A DNA stretch of 63,475 bases, filler included, from Octopus bimaculoides (GCF_001194135.2; 4 parts of 4 records of this genome joined end to end with filler, not necessarily neighbours in it); one strand, 5' to 3'; counted from the first letter of the whole stretch, positions 50,973 through 62,422 are shown. Numbers and translations are program-made. The notes: a model not told the origin generated them from the sequence alone.

Positions 50973-51416
50973 TTATTTATCACCCATAATGAATGAAAGC
51001 AAAAGATTGGGATAATTCCAAAAACCACGAAAGAACTGTCTGACATCAAAACCGAGAACTTTGTAAACTTCCTTATCGTCACCACTGAGGAGTAAATAAG
51101 GCTCAATATCTCCAGGTTTTCGATGTTCATCATATCTAGGTATTTGGTAAATATTGTTGTATCTGTCTGTTATATAAACATATTCACCATGCGCAGTTAA
51201 GTGAGGTCTGTACTTAAAATAATATAAATGGGCTGAAAGTTTAATTTTCTTAACCAAATGTTCTCTGTACCAACAGACACAACAGTCAAAACCACGCCAC
51301 CACCGCTTACCCTCCCATTTCACAAAAACAACATCACCTCCAGAGGTTCCTACAATATCAAAAGACCCCAAAAACTCTATCCCCATCCCCCCACCTTTTC
51401 TACCGCCCAAGAACAC
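50973..51416 (-). CDS. Multi-beta-propeller protein, C-terminal segment (frameshifted)
   Basis: DIVGTSGGDVVFV, PHLTAHGEYVYITDRYNNIYQI blade-like strands; contiguous with the upstream ORFs. Confidence 0.55.
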   Translation of the reverse strand: MFLGGRKGGGMGIEFLGSFDIVGTSGGDVVFVKWEGKRWWRGFDCCVCWYREHLVKKIKLSAHLYYFKYRPHLTAHGEYVYITDRYNNIYQIPRYDEHRKPGDIEPYLLLSGDDKEVYKVLGFDVRQFFRGFWNYPNLLLSFIMGDK

Positions 51417-51478
51417 ACTTCACGATTGTATTTACATGTCCCACCATCGATATCAACTACATCTGTATAATTAAAGTA

Positions 51479-52810
51479 TCACCCATGTTTAGTTTTGACT
51501 CCAATATGTTGACCACCACCACATACAAGTTGATTGTCGTTGTTTTTATAAACCCTGTTGTAATATTTTTCAGTATTGATGGTTTTTAAATGAGAGAGAT
51601 CCCGTTTGAAGAACATCAGTTTTGTACCAACGACGATTATGAAACTTTCATCTGTCCACCGACATATATCTAGTGGTTGTTGTAGTAGTAGTTTATGTTG
51701 AAGTATACCACCTGTAGCTGTGGTGATCACTGTGACTGTGTCTCTAAACATAAACACACTGACATTGTCATCTAACTTAATTAGTTTGCTGCTGTAGTCT
51801 CTACTGTTATTGTCATCATAATTTACTGGTTCATCCCATGTAGGAATTGAAAGAGGAACCATCGCCATTCTATACGGCAGTTTCCTCACTGTTATTTCAT
51901 CAGTTCCTNNNNNNNNNNNNNNNNNNNNNNNNNNNNNNNNNNNNNNNNNNNNNNNNNNNNNNNNNNNNNNNNNNNNNNNNNNNNNNNNNNNNNNNNNNNN
52001 NNNNNNNNNNNNNNNNNNNNNNNNNNNNNNNNNNNNNNNNNNNNNNNNNNNNNNNNNNNNNNNNNNNNNNNNNNNNNNAACTATTTTACCTGATTTACTT
52101 CTTTCTCCTCCATCTTCTGCATTGTGTTTCAATTTAATTAATTCATTGCTGAATATTTCTTTGTTCGTTTGAGACGTAATGGAAGGGAAATGAAGGCGAG
52201 AATCAACTTTTAATAACGACATAGATTCAAGAACATTCAGCTGGTCACCATCAATCTTTATGCAATGGTATTCAGTCAAGTTAGTATGTACACACCAGTA
52301 AATGTTTCCCACTATTCTACATATTACACCGTAAGGCACTCGGCTTTGCCAAACTTTGTATTTCACTAAATCTTGTTTCTTCAGTTGAAATATTTCTCTT
52401 CTGTTAGGAATTGTGACCATTATATCTCTTTCTTTTGTAAAACACACACCACCAACTAAAGTTCCAAGATCTCTGTGACATATCAGCTCCCCGTCTCTAT
52501 CTAATATTTTAACATTGCCATTGTTAATTTTTTCACACACAACAGTGTGTCCCTCGTCAGAGATATCAACATCTTTTACTTGAACTGGACAGTCATCTGT
52601 TTGTAAACGAGAAACGGTGAATCTTTCCCGATTAATGATAAACAAACCTTCAACATATAATTTATTACTATCATTGTAGTTGCTGTAGTAACAGGTACTG
52701 CCAACAAACCTCGGTCCTTTACAGTTTATACAGGAGAAATATGAGATAGCTTTATAAATTCCATTATTTAAAAATATTCTGTTGTATTCCCCAGTTTGAG
52801 TCAAACACAC
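51479..52810 (-). CDS. Multi-beta-propeller (NHL-like) protein, segment 3
   Basis: 443-codon frame including an N gap; VKDVDISDEGHTVVCEKINNGNVKILDRDGELI, GGVCFTKERDIMVTIPNRREI, PLDICRWTDESFIIV. Confidence 0.75.
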   Translation of the reverse strand: MCLTQTGEYNRIFLNNGIYKAISYFSCINCKGPRFVGSTCYYSNYNDSNKLYVEGLFIINRERFTVSRLQTDDCPVQVKDVDISDEGHTVVCEKINNGNVKILDRDGELICHRDLGTLVGGVCFTKERDIMVTIPNRREIFQLKKQDLVKYKVWQSRVPYGVICRIVGNIYWCVHTNLTEYHCIKIDGDQLNVLESMSLLKVDSRLHFPSITSQTNKEIFSNELIKLKHNAEDGGERSKSGKIVXXXXXXXXXXXXXXXXXXXXXXXXXXXXXXXXXXXXXXXXXXXXXXXXXXXXXXXXXGTDEITVRKLPYRMAMVPLSIPTWDEPVNYDDNNSRDYSSKLIKLDDNVSVFMFRDTVTVITTATGGILQHKLLLQQPLDICRWTDESFIIVVGTKLMFFKRDLSHLKTINTEKYYNRVYKNNDNQLVCGGGQHIGVKTKHG

Positions 52811-52823
52811 AATATTATGATAT

Positions 52824-53318
52824 TCACTGTATTATGATATTCACAATATTATGATATTCCCAGTGATCCTGAAGGTACAAATAATTGTCATCAATTGCCA
52901 TCCAGTTACAATTTTGGCTTTCATACCACATGTAGTGTCTAACTGAATGTAAACATTCACCATTATAGTTGAAGAAAATGATAAATGTAATATTGTTAAC
53001 AATAATGGTATCATTAGCGGTCACTTTAATATTATAGATTTTATTAATAACATGTTTTTTGTCTTGTCTGTGCCTCGTTAATATCTCAGGTATGTCTATT
53101 TGTTTTATCACATTCGCCATCGAATGTATTTCATCAATATCAACGACATACAACGTATGGTTATCTCTAAGTGTACCACACACCAATAAATTATCTGACA
53201 AAGTAATACATTGATATTTATTTCCCGTCTGGTAAGTGATCAACGACAATGGAAATTCCAATTTTAAAGTCAACAGTCGATACTTATCAGAACCAGTGTG
53301 TTTGACTGCCATTGACAC
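52824..53318 (-). CDS. Multi-beta-propeller protein, segment 2
   Basis: 164-codon ORF; INKIYNIKVTANDTIIVNN..FFNYNGECLH; joins segment 3 in frame if 34 duplicated nt are removed. Confidence 0.7.
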   Translation of the reverse strand: MSMAVKHTGSDKYRLLTLKLEFPLSLITYQTGNKYQCITLSDNLLVCGTLRDNHTLYVVDIDEIHSMANVIKQIDIPEILTRHRQDKKHVINKIYNIKVTANDTIIVNNITFIIFFNYNGECLHSVRHYMWYESQNCNWMAIDDNYLYLQDHWEYHNIVNIIIQ

Positions 53319-54654
53319 ATATTGTAAATATCATTCTAATAGTACGAGGAACACCAAAGTAATCAATCAAAAATATGGTATTTGCACCAACCGAAATATG
53401 CTGACATTTCGTTCCAATTTCCCTCTGTGACACACCACCTGTACAGGAAATCCTATAAATAATATGTCCCTGGAGGACATAAAAATGGTTGTGGTACACG
53501 GTGATGTGCGTTGGGATGTCCAGCGAATTGGTGTATACCTCAAATAACTGCTGGCCACCCAGATTGTATGAAGTAACCCTATTAATATTGGCAAACGATA
53601 TTAAAATGTTGTTCTGCAGTCCTACAGCAATATCGGTAGGGACATCTTTTGCAATGAGCTGATTGGTTATTCTATCATCATCCCAGTCAGTGAGGTANNN
53701 NNNNNNNNNNNNNNNNNNNNNNNNNNNNNNNNNNNNNNNNNNNNNNNNNNNNNNNNNNNNNNNNNNNNNNNNNNNNNNNNNNNNNNNNNNNNNNNNNNNN
53801 NNNNNNNNNNNNNNNNNNNNNNNNNNNNNNNNNNNNNNNNNNNNNNNNNNNNNNNNNNNNNACGGGCTGATAATAAGAATGATTTGACGGAAAGGAAGGG
53901 TGGCTAGAACAGTTTCTTCACCGATTCTGGTGAAATCAGTGACAGAAGATGGACAATTGATATCATTTCTGTCACCATCTATTCCTACACAACATATTCT
54001 CTTGCCATGACGAGAATACGTTAGTATCCCACCTTGAATGACAACGATACTGGATATTAAATTACATGAGCTTTCATCAAATTGTTCGATGTCTGCTTGC
54101 TTGGACACAACCGGAGAAACAGGACGGAATGCGTTTTTAATTTTTGGTGCCTCAACGGTCTTGTGTTTATGTTGTAAAATATTCTTTTTTATATATTGTT
54201 CCAGAAACGTTTCAATTTTTCCAAAAGTAATAATATCTTGCCTGCAATCATATTTCTTAATGCTTTGCTGCAGAAATTCTAATCTCTGTGTAAAATCTAG
54301 CATAAAAATAGTTTTGTCCACTCCTACACTTTTTAGAAAAGTACATATTTTTTCCCGAGAATTTATCAACATATTAACTTTGTATTCATATGCATTGGCA
54401 CTTGTGTAACATATGCGTTTGTCTAAAAGATATCGTCTTCTCATTACTTTATGGTGTCTTTTGTCTCCATTTTGGTTTGTTGTTGACTGATATGAAAGTC
54501 CTTCTTGTGAAGTTTCTGTCCTCGAACTATCATCTCTCCAATCCCTGCACTTTCTATTGTAAACTCCTTCATCACATTTTGTTATCGAGTGACAGAAAGC
54601 TGTTTTCGGAGGCCTAAGTGTTGTCGTCACGTTATCTTCTGTATGGTCTTCCAT
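53287..54654 (-). CDS. Multi-beta-propeller (NHL-like) protein, N-terminal segment
   Basis: ATG at 54654 just after a splice acceptor; helical region, then PTDIAVGLQNNILISFANINRVTSYNLGGQQLF (NHL-blade pattern) and IPTHITVYHNHFYVL. Confidence 0.75.
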   Translation of the reverse strand: MEDHTEDNVTTTLRPPKTAFCHSITKCDEGVYNRKCRDWRDDSSRTETSQEGLSYQSTTNQNGDKRHHKVMRRRYLLDKRICYTSANAYEYKVNMLINSREKICTFLKSVGVDKTIFMLDFTQRLEFLQQSIKKYDCRQDIITFGKIETFLEQYIKKNILQHKHKTVEAPKIKNAFRPVSPVVSKQADIEQFDESSCNLISSIVVIQGGILTYSRHGKRICCVGIDGDRNDINCPSSVTDFTRIGEETVLATLPFRQIILIISPXXXXXXXXXXXXXXXXXXXXXXXXXXXXXXXXXXXXXXXXXXXXXXXXXXXXXXXYLTDWDDDRITNQLIAKDVPTDIAVGLQNNILISFANINRVTSYNLGGQQLFEVYTNSLDIPTHITVYHNHFYVLQGHIIYRISCTGGVSQREIGTKCQHISVGANTIFLIDYFGVPRTIRMIFTICVNGSQTHWF

Positions 54655-54661
54655 GATGAAT

Positions 54662-54690
54662 CTATAATAAAATATAAGGAAAACAATTAG
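54662..54690 (-). other. 3' splice acceptor with branch point, preceding the giant coding exon
   Basis: ctaat-tgttttccttatattttattatAG|attcatcATG. Confidence 0.6.
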
Positions 54691-55514
54691 CGTGTTGTGA
54701 AAATACATATTTTGAAGGAAATGATTTTTACTTCATAATTTAAATACAAAACCAAAACTTAATTGTATTTCTATCAGAGAATTGGGTTGTCAAATTAACA
54801 TCTAAACAATATTATGTTTGAATAATGATTAGAAATAAACACTTAATAACTATATATTGTATAAATAAATATATGACATGCTAATAAGTTTCATCAGTTT
54901 TGTGGTGTAAACGTATGAGCAATAAGTATGTACGTTGGAAATGATATTTGTGTCTAAATGTTAGAAAGTATCAGTGATATCTGATTTAGATGTATTTAAC
55001 AATAATTAGTTGAGAGATTCATCTCCTCCGAAATTACTTCTTATTATGAGACACTCTAGGCTGAAGAGAAAATTGGTATACATGGTATATATCACATTAC
55101 TAAAGTACACAACGAAAATGTTGAAAGTTCATCAACATGCAGCAATTAGCAAAATCTAGACGTTGTTCCATATCAGTTGTGGGATACAACTTGAACTGAA
55201 CATTTTGCTAGTTTTGCTAGCAAAATTTTGCAAGAATATAAGTACTACTAGCGATTATGTGTACTGAATATGATGTCAGTCATAGATGGCTTAGTTTCCA
55301 TCATATTTCTCTAGACTAGGAGATATCAATGAAGCTGTTGATAAAAACTGGAATTTTAACTGCTGTAAATTTCTCACTGTCTTTCCATGCCTGTATTTGT
55401 GTATTTATATACATACATGCACGCACGCACGCACGCACGCACACACACACGCACACACGCAAGTGCACACACGCACATGTACACATACATACATACATAT
55501 GTATACACACACAC

Positions 55515-55558
<44 letters not shown>

Positions 55559-55597
55559 TCCGAATTTGTGTGAATGTGTATGGAATAATATATCAGT

Positions 55598-57850
55598 AGA
55601 ATTAAGTTAAAACATGGTCTGGTTTTCACATTTCTTATTATGGTATTTTAACATTAAAGAAACATTTTGTGATTTTTTTAAAGTTCAATTAGCACTTTCA
55701 TACCTTCGTAGTAATCATCAGATTTCAAAATGAATTTAACTGGTAGATGAATTTCACAAAATGAATTTAAGTGTTCTTGACAACTGTAGTACCTTTTAGA
55801 ACGTTCCAACAAGCTGATTGTTTAGCATACAGTTTTGATCAATCCGCAAATAGCTTAAATGTCGGTTTGCCGGTCTACTGATAGTGTGTAATTTGTTTAT
55901 ATTCATATGTTAAAGATATTTTATATTCATATGTTAAAGTTATTTTTTAATCCACAACATTAACTGTTGTTATTACCGTGCAGAGCAGGTTTGAACATTT
56001 TAATAAACCGTTTTACTTTTATCTTTCTTGTAACCTCGCTTGTATCATGTAGTTTGTGGAAAGAAAAAAATTAGAAACATTTTCTGACCACATGTTTCTA
56101 TATGTTCATTCAATGGAATTTGACGAACATTAGTGTTCCGTATTTGTTGTCTGTCGATTCGTGAGCGTTCTAATAATGCATTCCCTTCTCGCCTATATAT
56201 ATAGTTCCTCACAATTTGGGCATTTAATGCAGTAGATCAAATTTCTACTTTTGCAGTTCATATCAGCATTTGCGAAAGTCGGTTCATTTTTTGTTCTAAT
56301 AGATCTACCAGTATGCATGTATTGACACGTTCCACATATACTACCATTACACTTGGATACTGTGGATATTTTATCCTGTTTGTTCATGTTGAATTTTGCC
56401 TTTATTAATAGTTTCTTTAGGTTATGCTTAACATAAGTGTTTGATTAGTTATTATTTCTAAAAGAATTTTTACTTTGTTTTATGATTGGCAAATTTCTTT
56501 TGATGATGTTAAAAATGTTTTGGAGATGTAGATTGTGTGTTACCAGAAATTCACAAGAGAAATGAGCAGCACACAATTACCATTTCTTGATAGAATGGTA
56601 ATTAAAAGCAACACCACAATCACAACTGATATTTATTACAAAAGTAGAAATACACACCAGTACCTAAATTTCAAATCATACCACCCAACACACACAAAAC
56701 ACAATATCCCATACTGTCTAGCCAGGAAAATTTGTGCAATAGGAAATGATCCAAATACCAGAAATAGACGACTTATTTCTTCTCAAGCAAAATTATCTTC
56801 TCTTACTAATAGAAAATAGCATGCAACAAGTAAAAGAGATACTTCTAGGACAACTTAGGGCAGCACAGAAAAGACGAACCCATCAATGGAACACAATATC
56901 ATTTCTAGAAACACACAATCGCACAATCTAGTTTTTAATTACCATTCTGTCAAGAAATGGTAATTGTATACTGCTCATTTCTCTTGTGAATTTCTGGTAA
57001 CACACAATCCGCATCACCAAAACAATTTTAGCATCATTAAAACAAATTTGTCAATTATAAAACATATTGAATGATTAAAAAACACAATAATTAATCCAAC
57101 ACTTATCTTAAGGAAAAGGTAACCATATAACCAAAAGAAACTATTAACAAAGGCAAAATTCAACATGAACAAACACGATAAAACATTTACAGTATTCACG
57201 TGTAATATGATAATAGATGTGGAACGTGTCAATATATGCATACTGGTAGATCCATTAGAACAGAAAATGGACAGATTTTCACAAATGCAACTATGAACTA
57301 CAAAAGCAGAAATTTGATCAACTACATTAAATACCCGAATTGCGAGGAACTATAATGTAGAATTGACAGGAAAATGCATTGAGCGAACATATAGTGGTCA
57401 GAAAATGTTTCTAATTTTTTCTTTCCACAAACTACATGACACGAGTTAAGTTGGAAGGAAGATAAAAGAAAAACGGTTTATTAGAATGTTCAAACCTGCT
57501 CTGAACGGAAATAACATCAATAATATAACAACTAGTTAATGATGTGGATTTAAAAATATCTTTAACATATGAATATAAACAAATTACAAAATATCAGTAG
57601 ACCCGGCAAACGCTTAAGCTATTTGCGGATTGGTCAAAACCGTATTCCAAAAATCCAGCTTGTTGGAACGTTCTAAGAGGTACTACAGTTGTCAAGAACT
57701 CAACTACAAGTTAAATGCATTTTGAAATCGGATGATTGCTACGAAGGTATGAAAGTGCTAATTGAACTTAATGAACATTACAAAATATATCTTAATGTTA
57801 AAATACCATAATAAAAAAAGTGAAAACCAGACCATGTTTTAACTTTATTC
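55598..57850. mobile_element. Penelope-like element fold-back: ~1-kb inverted arms around a ~320-bp loop
   Basis: 55598-56612 is the reverse complement of 56930-57850; arms carry GIY-YIG (CNGSICGTC...NCKSRNLIYCIKCPNC.ELYI) and RT thumb (KFTREMSSTQLPFLD..TDIYYK..THQYLNFKSYHP). Confidence 0.85.
55688..55724 (-). ncRNA. Degenerate minimal hammerhead-like motif (paralog at 57726-57763 on +)
   Basis: CTGATGA-TTAC..GTAT-GAAA-GTGC-TA; weak stems; the right copy has core CGGATGA. Confidence 0.3.
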
Positions 57851-57864
57851 AATTGATACTCTTT

Positions 57865-58336
57865 TTACTCTTTTACTCTTTTACTTGTTTCAGTCATTTG
57901 ACTGCGCCCATGCTGGAGCACCGCCTTTTAGTCGAGTAAATCGACTCCAGGACTTATTCTTTGTAAGCCTAGTACTTATTCTATCGGTCTCTTTTGCCGA
58001 ACCGCTAAGTTACGGGGACGTAAACACACCAGCATCGGTTGTCAAGCGATGTTGGGAGGACAAACCTACACACACACACACACACACANNNNNNNNNNNN
58101 NNNNNNNNNNNNNNNNNNNNNNNNNNNNNNNNNNNNNNNNNNNNNNNNNNNNNNNNNNNNNNNNNNNNNNNNNNNNNNNNNNNNNNNNNNNNNNNNNNNN
58201 NNNNNNNNNNNNNNNNNNNNNNNNNTTTAGTCGGCCCGAGGCTGTAGTAGAAGACACTTGCCCAAGGTGCCACGCAGTGGGACTGAACCCAGAACCATGT
58301 GGTTGGTAAGCAAGCTACTTACCACACAGCCACTCA
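57865..58336 (-). mobile_element. Full-length dimeric SINE (N gap in linker)
   Basis: Matches the consensus. Confidence 0.8.
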
Positions 58337-58645
58337 TATATATATATACATATATAATACAAAATGGGACAAGAACGCAAAAAATCCAGACAGTAAGGTG
58401 ATACAAAAAAGGGACAACAAAACATCCCGATAGACGATACAAAGAAAACAAGGACGGATCATTCGAAGTTTTCTTTCCTCAGTCGAGTTCCAGATTATCT
58501 TTGCATTATCTGGCCAACCCCAAGGAAAAACTAAGCTAAGAGCATTAGATTCCTTGGAAGAAAGCAGCGAATGTGTACGGAAACAAGGACGGAAAAAATG
58601 GAGAATGTTACACAAATACAAATAACATATATATATATACACATA

Positions 58646-60215
58646 CAGTATTTCTTACAGAAGTATGTGCACCCCTAAAAAATTTCAGTAAAATTGCCAT
58701 TACTCTGATAATATCGAAGAAAATCAAACGAAATTTATACTGAATAAAATATATTAGACATTCAAACATTATACAAATTTGGAACGCAAAACAAGAAACA
58801 TTTTCGAAGATATGGACGAAATATTAATTTTCAAACGTTACAAATATATGTACACCCGAAAGGGGATTTGCTTTGTTCAATATTTTATCCACTTTTTTTT
58901 TTTTTAGCTAAAATCAGATATTGCTGATAATTTCGATTCTAATAAATTATATCTTCTGGCATTTTTGCAGCGGTCATTATTATTGCTTTTTCAGGAATTC
59001 TGATATGTGTATCGTGGTGAAAATCTTCGTTGTGATTGAAATGGCACCAAAAGGGAAAGAATTGTCTGGAGATTTAAAGAAAATTATTTTTTATTTGCAC
59101 AAGAATAGCGTAAGATACAAGTTAATTAGCAAACGAATGCATATTAACGTCAATACAGTGGCCAGAGAAATTCAGAAGTACAAAACTACTGGACGGCTAA
59201 GCAATAGACATCATCCAGGTCGTCCTTCTATTTTAACTGTTCGTGATATTCGCCACATTCAACGTTGCGTGATGGACGACAGGTGTAGTACCGCTTCATC
59301 ATTGACTCAAGAAGTGTCTACTGTTAGTGGAAGGAGTGCATCTGCCCAAAGAGTTCATTGAAGATTGAACCAGTGTGGTCTTCATGGATGCATTCCTTAT
59401 GGGAAGCCTTTTCTCACTGCCAGGCATAAATCGAGTCGTCTTTCTTTTGCCGAAACCAATGTGAGTAAGGGGAAAAAGTTTCGGGATAAAATTAATTTTT
59501 CTGGTGAGATTAAAATCAATTTCGCTGGTCAGATAGTATTCAACGAGTATGAAGACGACCAAGTGAAGATAATAGCAACAAAGCACTGTGCCTGCCGTGA
59601 AGCACGGCGGCGGAAGTGTTATGCTTTGGGGATGCGAGAGTGCGGATCGTGTAGAAGAACTCACACTTAATGAGAGAACAATGGATTTAAGGCTTTATTG
59701 TGACATATTGCAGAAATCAATGTTGAAAAGCATCAAGGAATTAGGAAGACATTCCATGTTCCAACATGATAATGACACTAAACACACTTCAAAGATGACG
59801 ACTAAGTTTTTATTTCATAAAAAGATAAAGATATTGCCTTGGCCCACCATGTCACCTGATTTAAACCCAATAGAACATCTGTGGGGATTTTGAAAGGAAA
59901 GGTTGAGAAGAAAAAGATCCTGCAGTGAAACGGTTGAAAGATCACATTCAACATGAATGGAGATGCGGAAATTTAGTAAACTTTATGCTAAGAAGACTTG
60001 ATGCAGTTATTGAAAGCAAGGATGGTCACGCCAAATATTGAATATAGCAAATAATCCTTTAGGGTGTAAATATTTTTGTACCGTTTGAAAAATTAATATT
60101 TCGTTCATATCTTTGAAAACATTTATTGTTTTGTGTTCCAAATTTGTATAATATTTGCATGAATAATATGTTTTATTCAGTATAAATTTCGTTTGATTTC
60201 CTTCGATATTATTAG
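58646..60215 (+). mobile_element. Tc1-family DD34E transposon with long (~210-bp) IR/DR-type TIRs; transposase ~59041-60041 disrupted
   Basis: TA|CAGT start; MAPKGKELS...GRPSILT, KHGGGSVMLWGC, FQHDND..SPDLNPIEHLW (34 aa between D and E); left TIR matches the reverse complement of 60060-60215; first D replaced (NFSGE), with stops and frameshifts. Confidence 0.92.
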
Positions 60216-60815
60216 TATTGATTTGAATTCCAAAAGTTTATCAATGATCTCATTTCAAATGATAAAGCAGTCATCCAGATATTTTTTCCAGTTCTCACTA
60301 TATAATGGTGAAATGGATATCCATATTTTTGCAGTGACACTTCATACTTGGTGAATTCAAAATATCCCATTATTAGGTGCGCAAGAACAGGGGCTGCTTT
60401 CGCTCCCATCGCAGTTTCGCATTTTTAACGATAATAGATATCATCAGATTGGAAATAGTTGTTCTGAAGTATAAATTTTAATGATTCAGTAATAAAAACC
60501 TGGTTTATGTGTTCCGGAAGTTTTTCGGAGTACTTTTCTAGCCAAAATTTTATTGCTTCTATCCCATAGTCATGTGGGATATTAGTGTAAAAACAAATAA
60601 CATCGAAGGAAACCAATAATGCCCCTTCATTAGCTATTTTTGGTAGCTGCTTAAGCATATCTAGATCGTCTCTAACGAAACTTTTGACGTATTTCAGCAA
60701 GGGTTTCAGTAGGATGTCTAGAAAATTGCTAAGGTGGTGGGTTTCATAGGCTGCATCAGTTTCGAAAGAGATGATATAGATATGGGCTAGTTTCATTCGA
60801 GACGGTCTAGACATG
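60212..60815 (-). mobile_element. Penelope-like reverse transcriptase fragment
   Basis: LSNFLDILLKPL..SFVRD..LVSFDV..YTNIPH..ILQNNYF..TAMG...AP..A.LIMG; YLDD at 60281-60270 in a shifted frame. Confidence 0.9.
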
Positions 60816-61233
60816 GGCCAGTTTCATTAGAGACGATCAAAGGGCTCGAAGCAATATCACAGGGTTTTCTGGAAAAATTTTTTCTAAAATTTCAATTCTT
60901 TAAAAAAACAAAAAACAATCAACACCTCCGTCACCACCCCTCGCAAATTCACACCAATATTCTTCAAGTTTTTAAACTCGTTCGCTTATTGAGCATTCGT
61001 AGGTGATTTTCAACTAGCGCATAAAGTAGTTAAGCCCTGACAGAAATAACCAAGTCTCTTGATTTTTTTTTTTTTATTACACGCAAACAAAATTGAAAAC
61101 CGCGTTTGTGACAAGAATACATTCAATCGAAAACAAATACATATAATAAAGTAAAGTAGAATAAAACAACAGACCACAAAAGATTTTACAACCTAATGTG
61201 CATATTTTCTGAATTTTAACATAAAAGAGAAGG

Positions 61234-61365
<132 letters not shown>

Positions 61366-61643
61366 TATCACCATCAACACCGCCGTAACTATGACCAGTA
61401 ATAAAACCAGAATTACCATCTCCAAAGCAACAAACTCAACCTCATTCATCATTATCATCGTCATCATCAAAATTGATGCCAATTATTTTGTCAGAAACGG
61501 AATCTCTATTGTCGAAATCCCTAAAAAGTGGGTGGGGAAGAGGAGTTGGAGTGCTTGTTGTATATCTCCACCAAAAATATGACAGGATTTTGTCCACTTT
61601 CGCACTTTAACTTAGGAGGTTTTGTTCTGAGGGGTTTTATCCG

Positions 61644-61689
<46 letters not shown>

Positions 61690-61869
61690 TGGGGGTCCTA
61701 CACTCCGATAAAAGAGAAGCGAACTTAAATGGTGGATCGTACACCCTTTCACGTTGTAGTTTGATTAACACAGAATAAACGACAGTTCGACACTTTCTTG
61801 TTTGTGGTTATTTTTATGTATAGAGTTACAAACGCTATAACATAAGCGTAATTTAAAGTTGGTTATAAG

Positions 61870-62175
61870 GGTCGCTTTTATTAAATACGATCACAAATTA
61901 AGTAGGATATAAAGATCGACCTCATTATATACAATCACGAGTCGGTTATATAAATTGCCTCTTAAGTTGATTATAGGGATTGCCTTTTTTATGTACAATC
62001 ACGAGTTAAGTTTCGATATAAAGATTGCCTTTATTTTACACAATCAGAAATTAAGTTTGAATATAAAGAGTGCTTTTATTTTATACAATTAAAAATTAAG
62101 TTTGAATATAACAATTGCCTTTATTTTATATAATCAGAAGTTTGGATACAAAGATTACCTTTATTATATACATTT
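61870..62175. repeat. Diverged ~45-bp minisatellite
   Basis: tataaagattgcctttattttatacaatc..aattaagtttgaa recurs at 62017, 62062, 62107, 62147. Confidence 0.7.
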
Positions 62176-62193
62176 ACAACTGAAGATTGGATC

Positions 62194-62353
62194 GCAGGAG
62201 TGGCTGTGTGGTAAGTAGCTTGCTTACCAACCACATGGTTCTGGGTTCATTCCCACTGTGTGGTACCTTGGGCAAGTGTCTTCTACTATATCCTCGGGCC
62301 GACCAAACCCTTGTGAGTGGATTTGGTAGACGGAAACTGAAAGAAGCCTGTCG

Positions 62354-62422
<69 letters not shown>

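Noticed and set aside
58450-58490. CTGAGGA...CGAA..GTC on the minus strand in a PLE-like repeat
   Set aside because: GAAA is incomplete and stem I is absent
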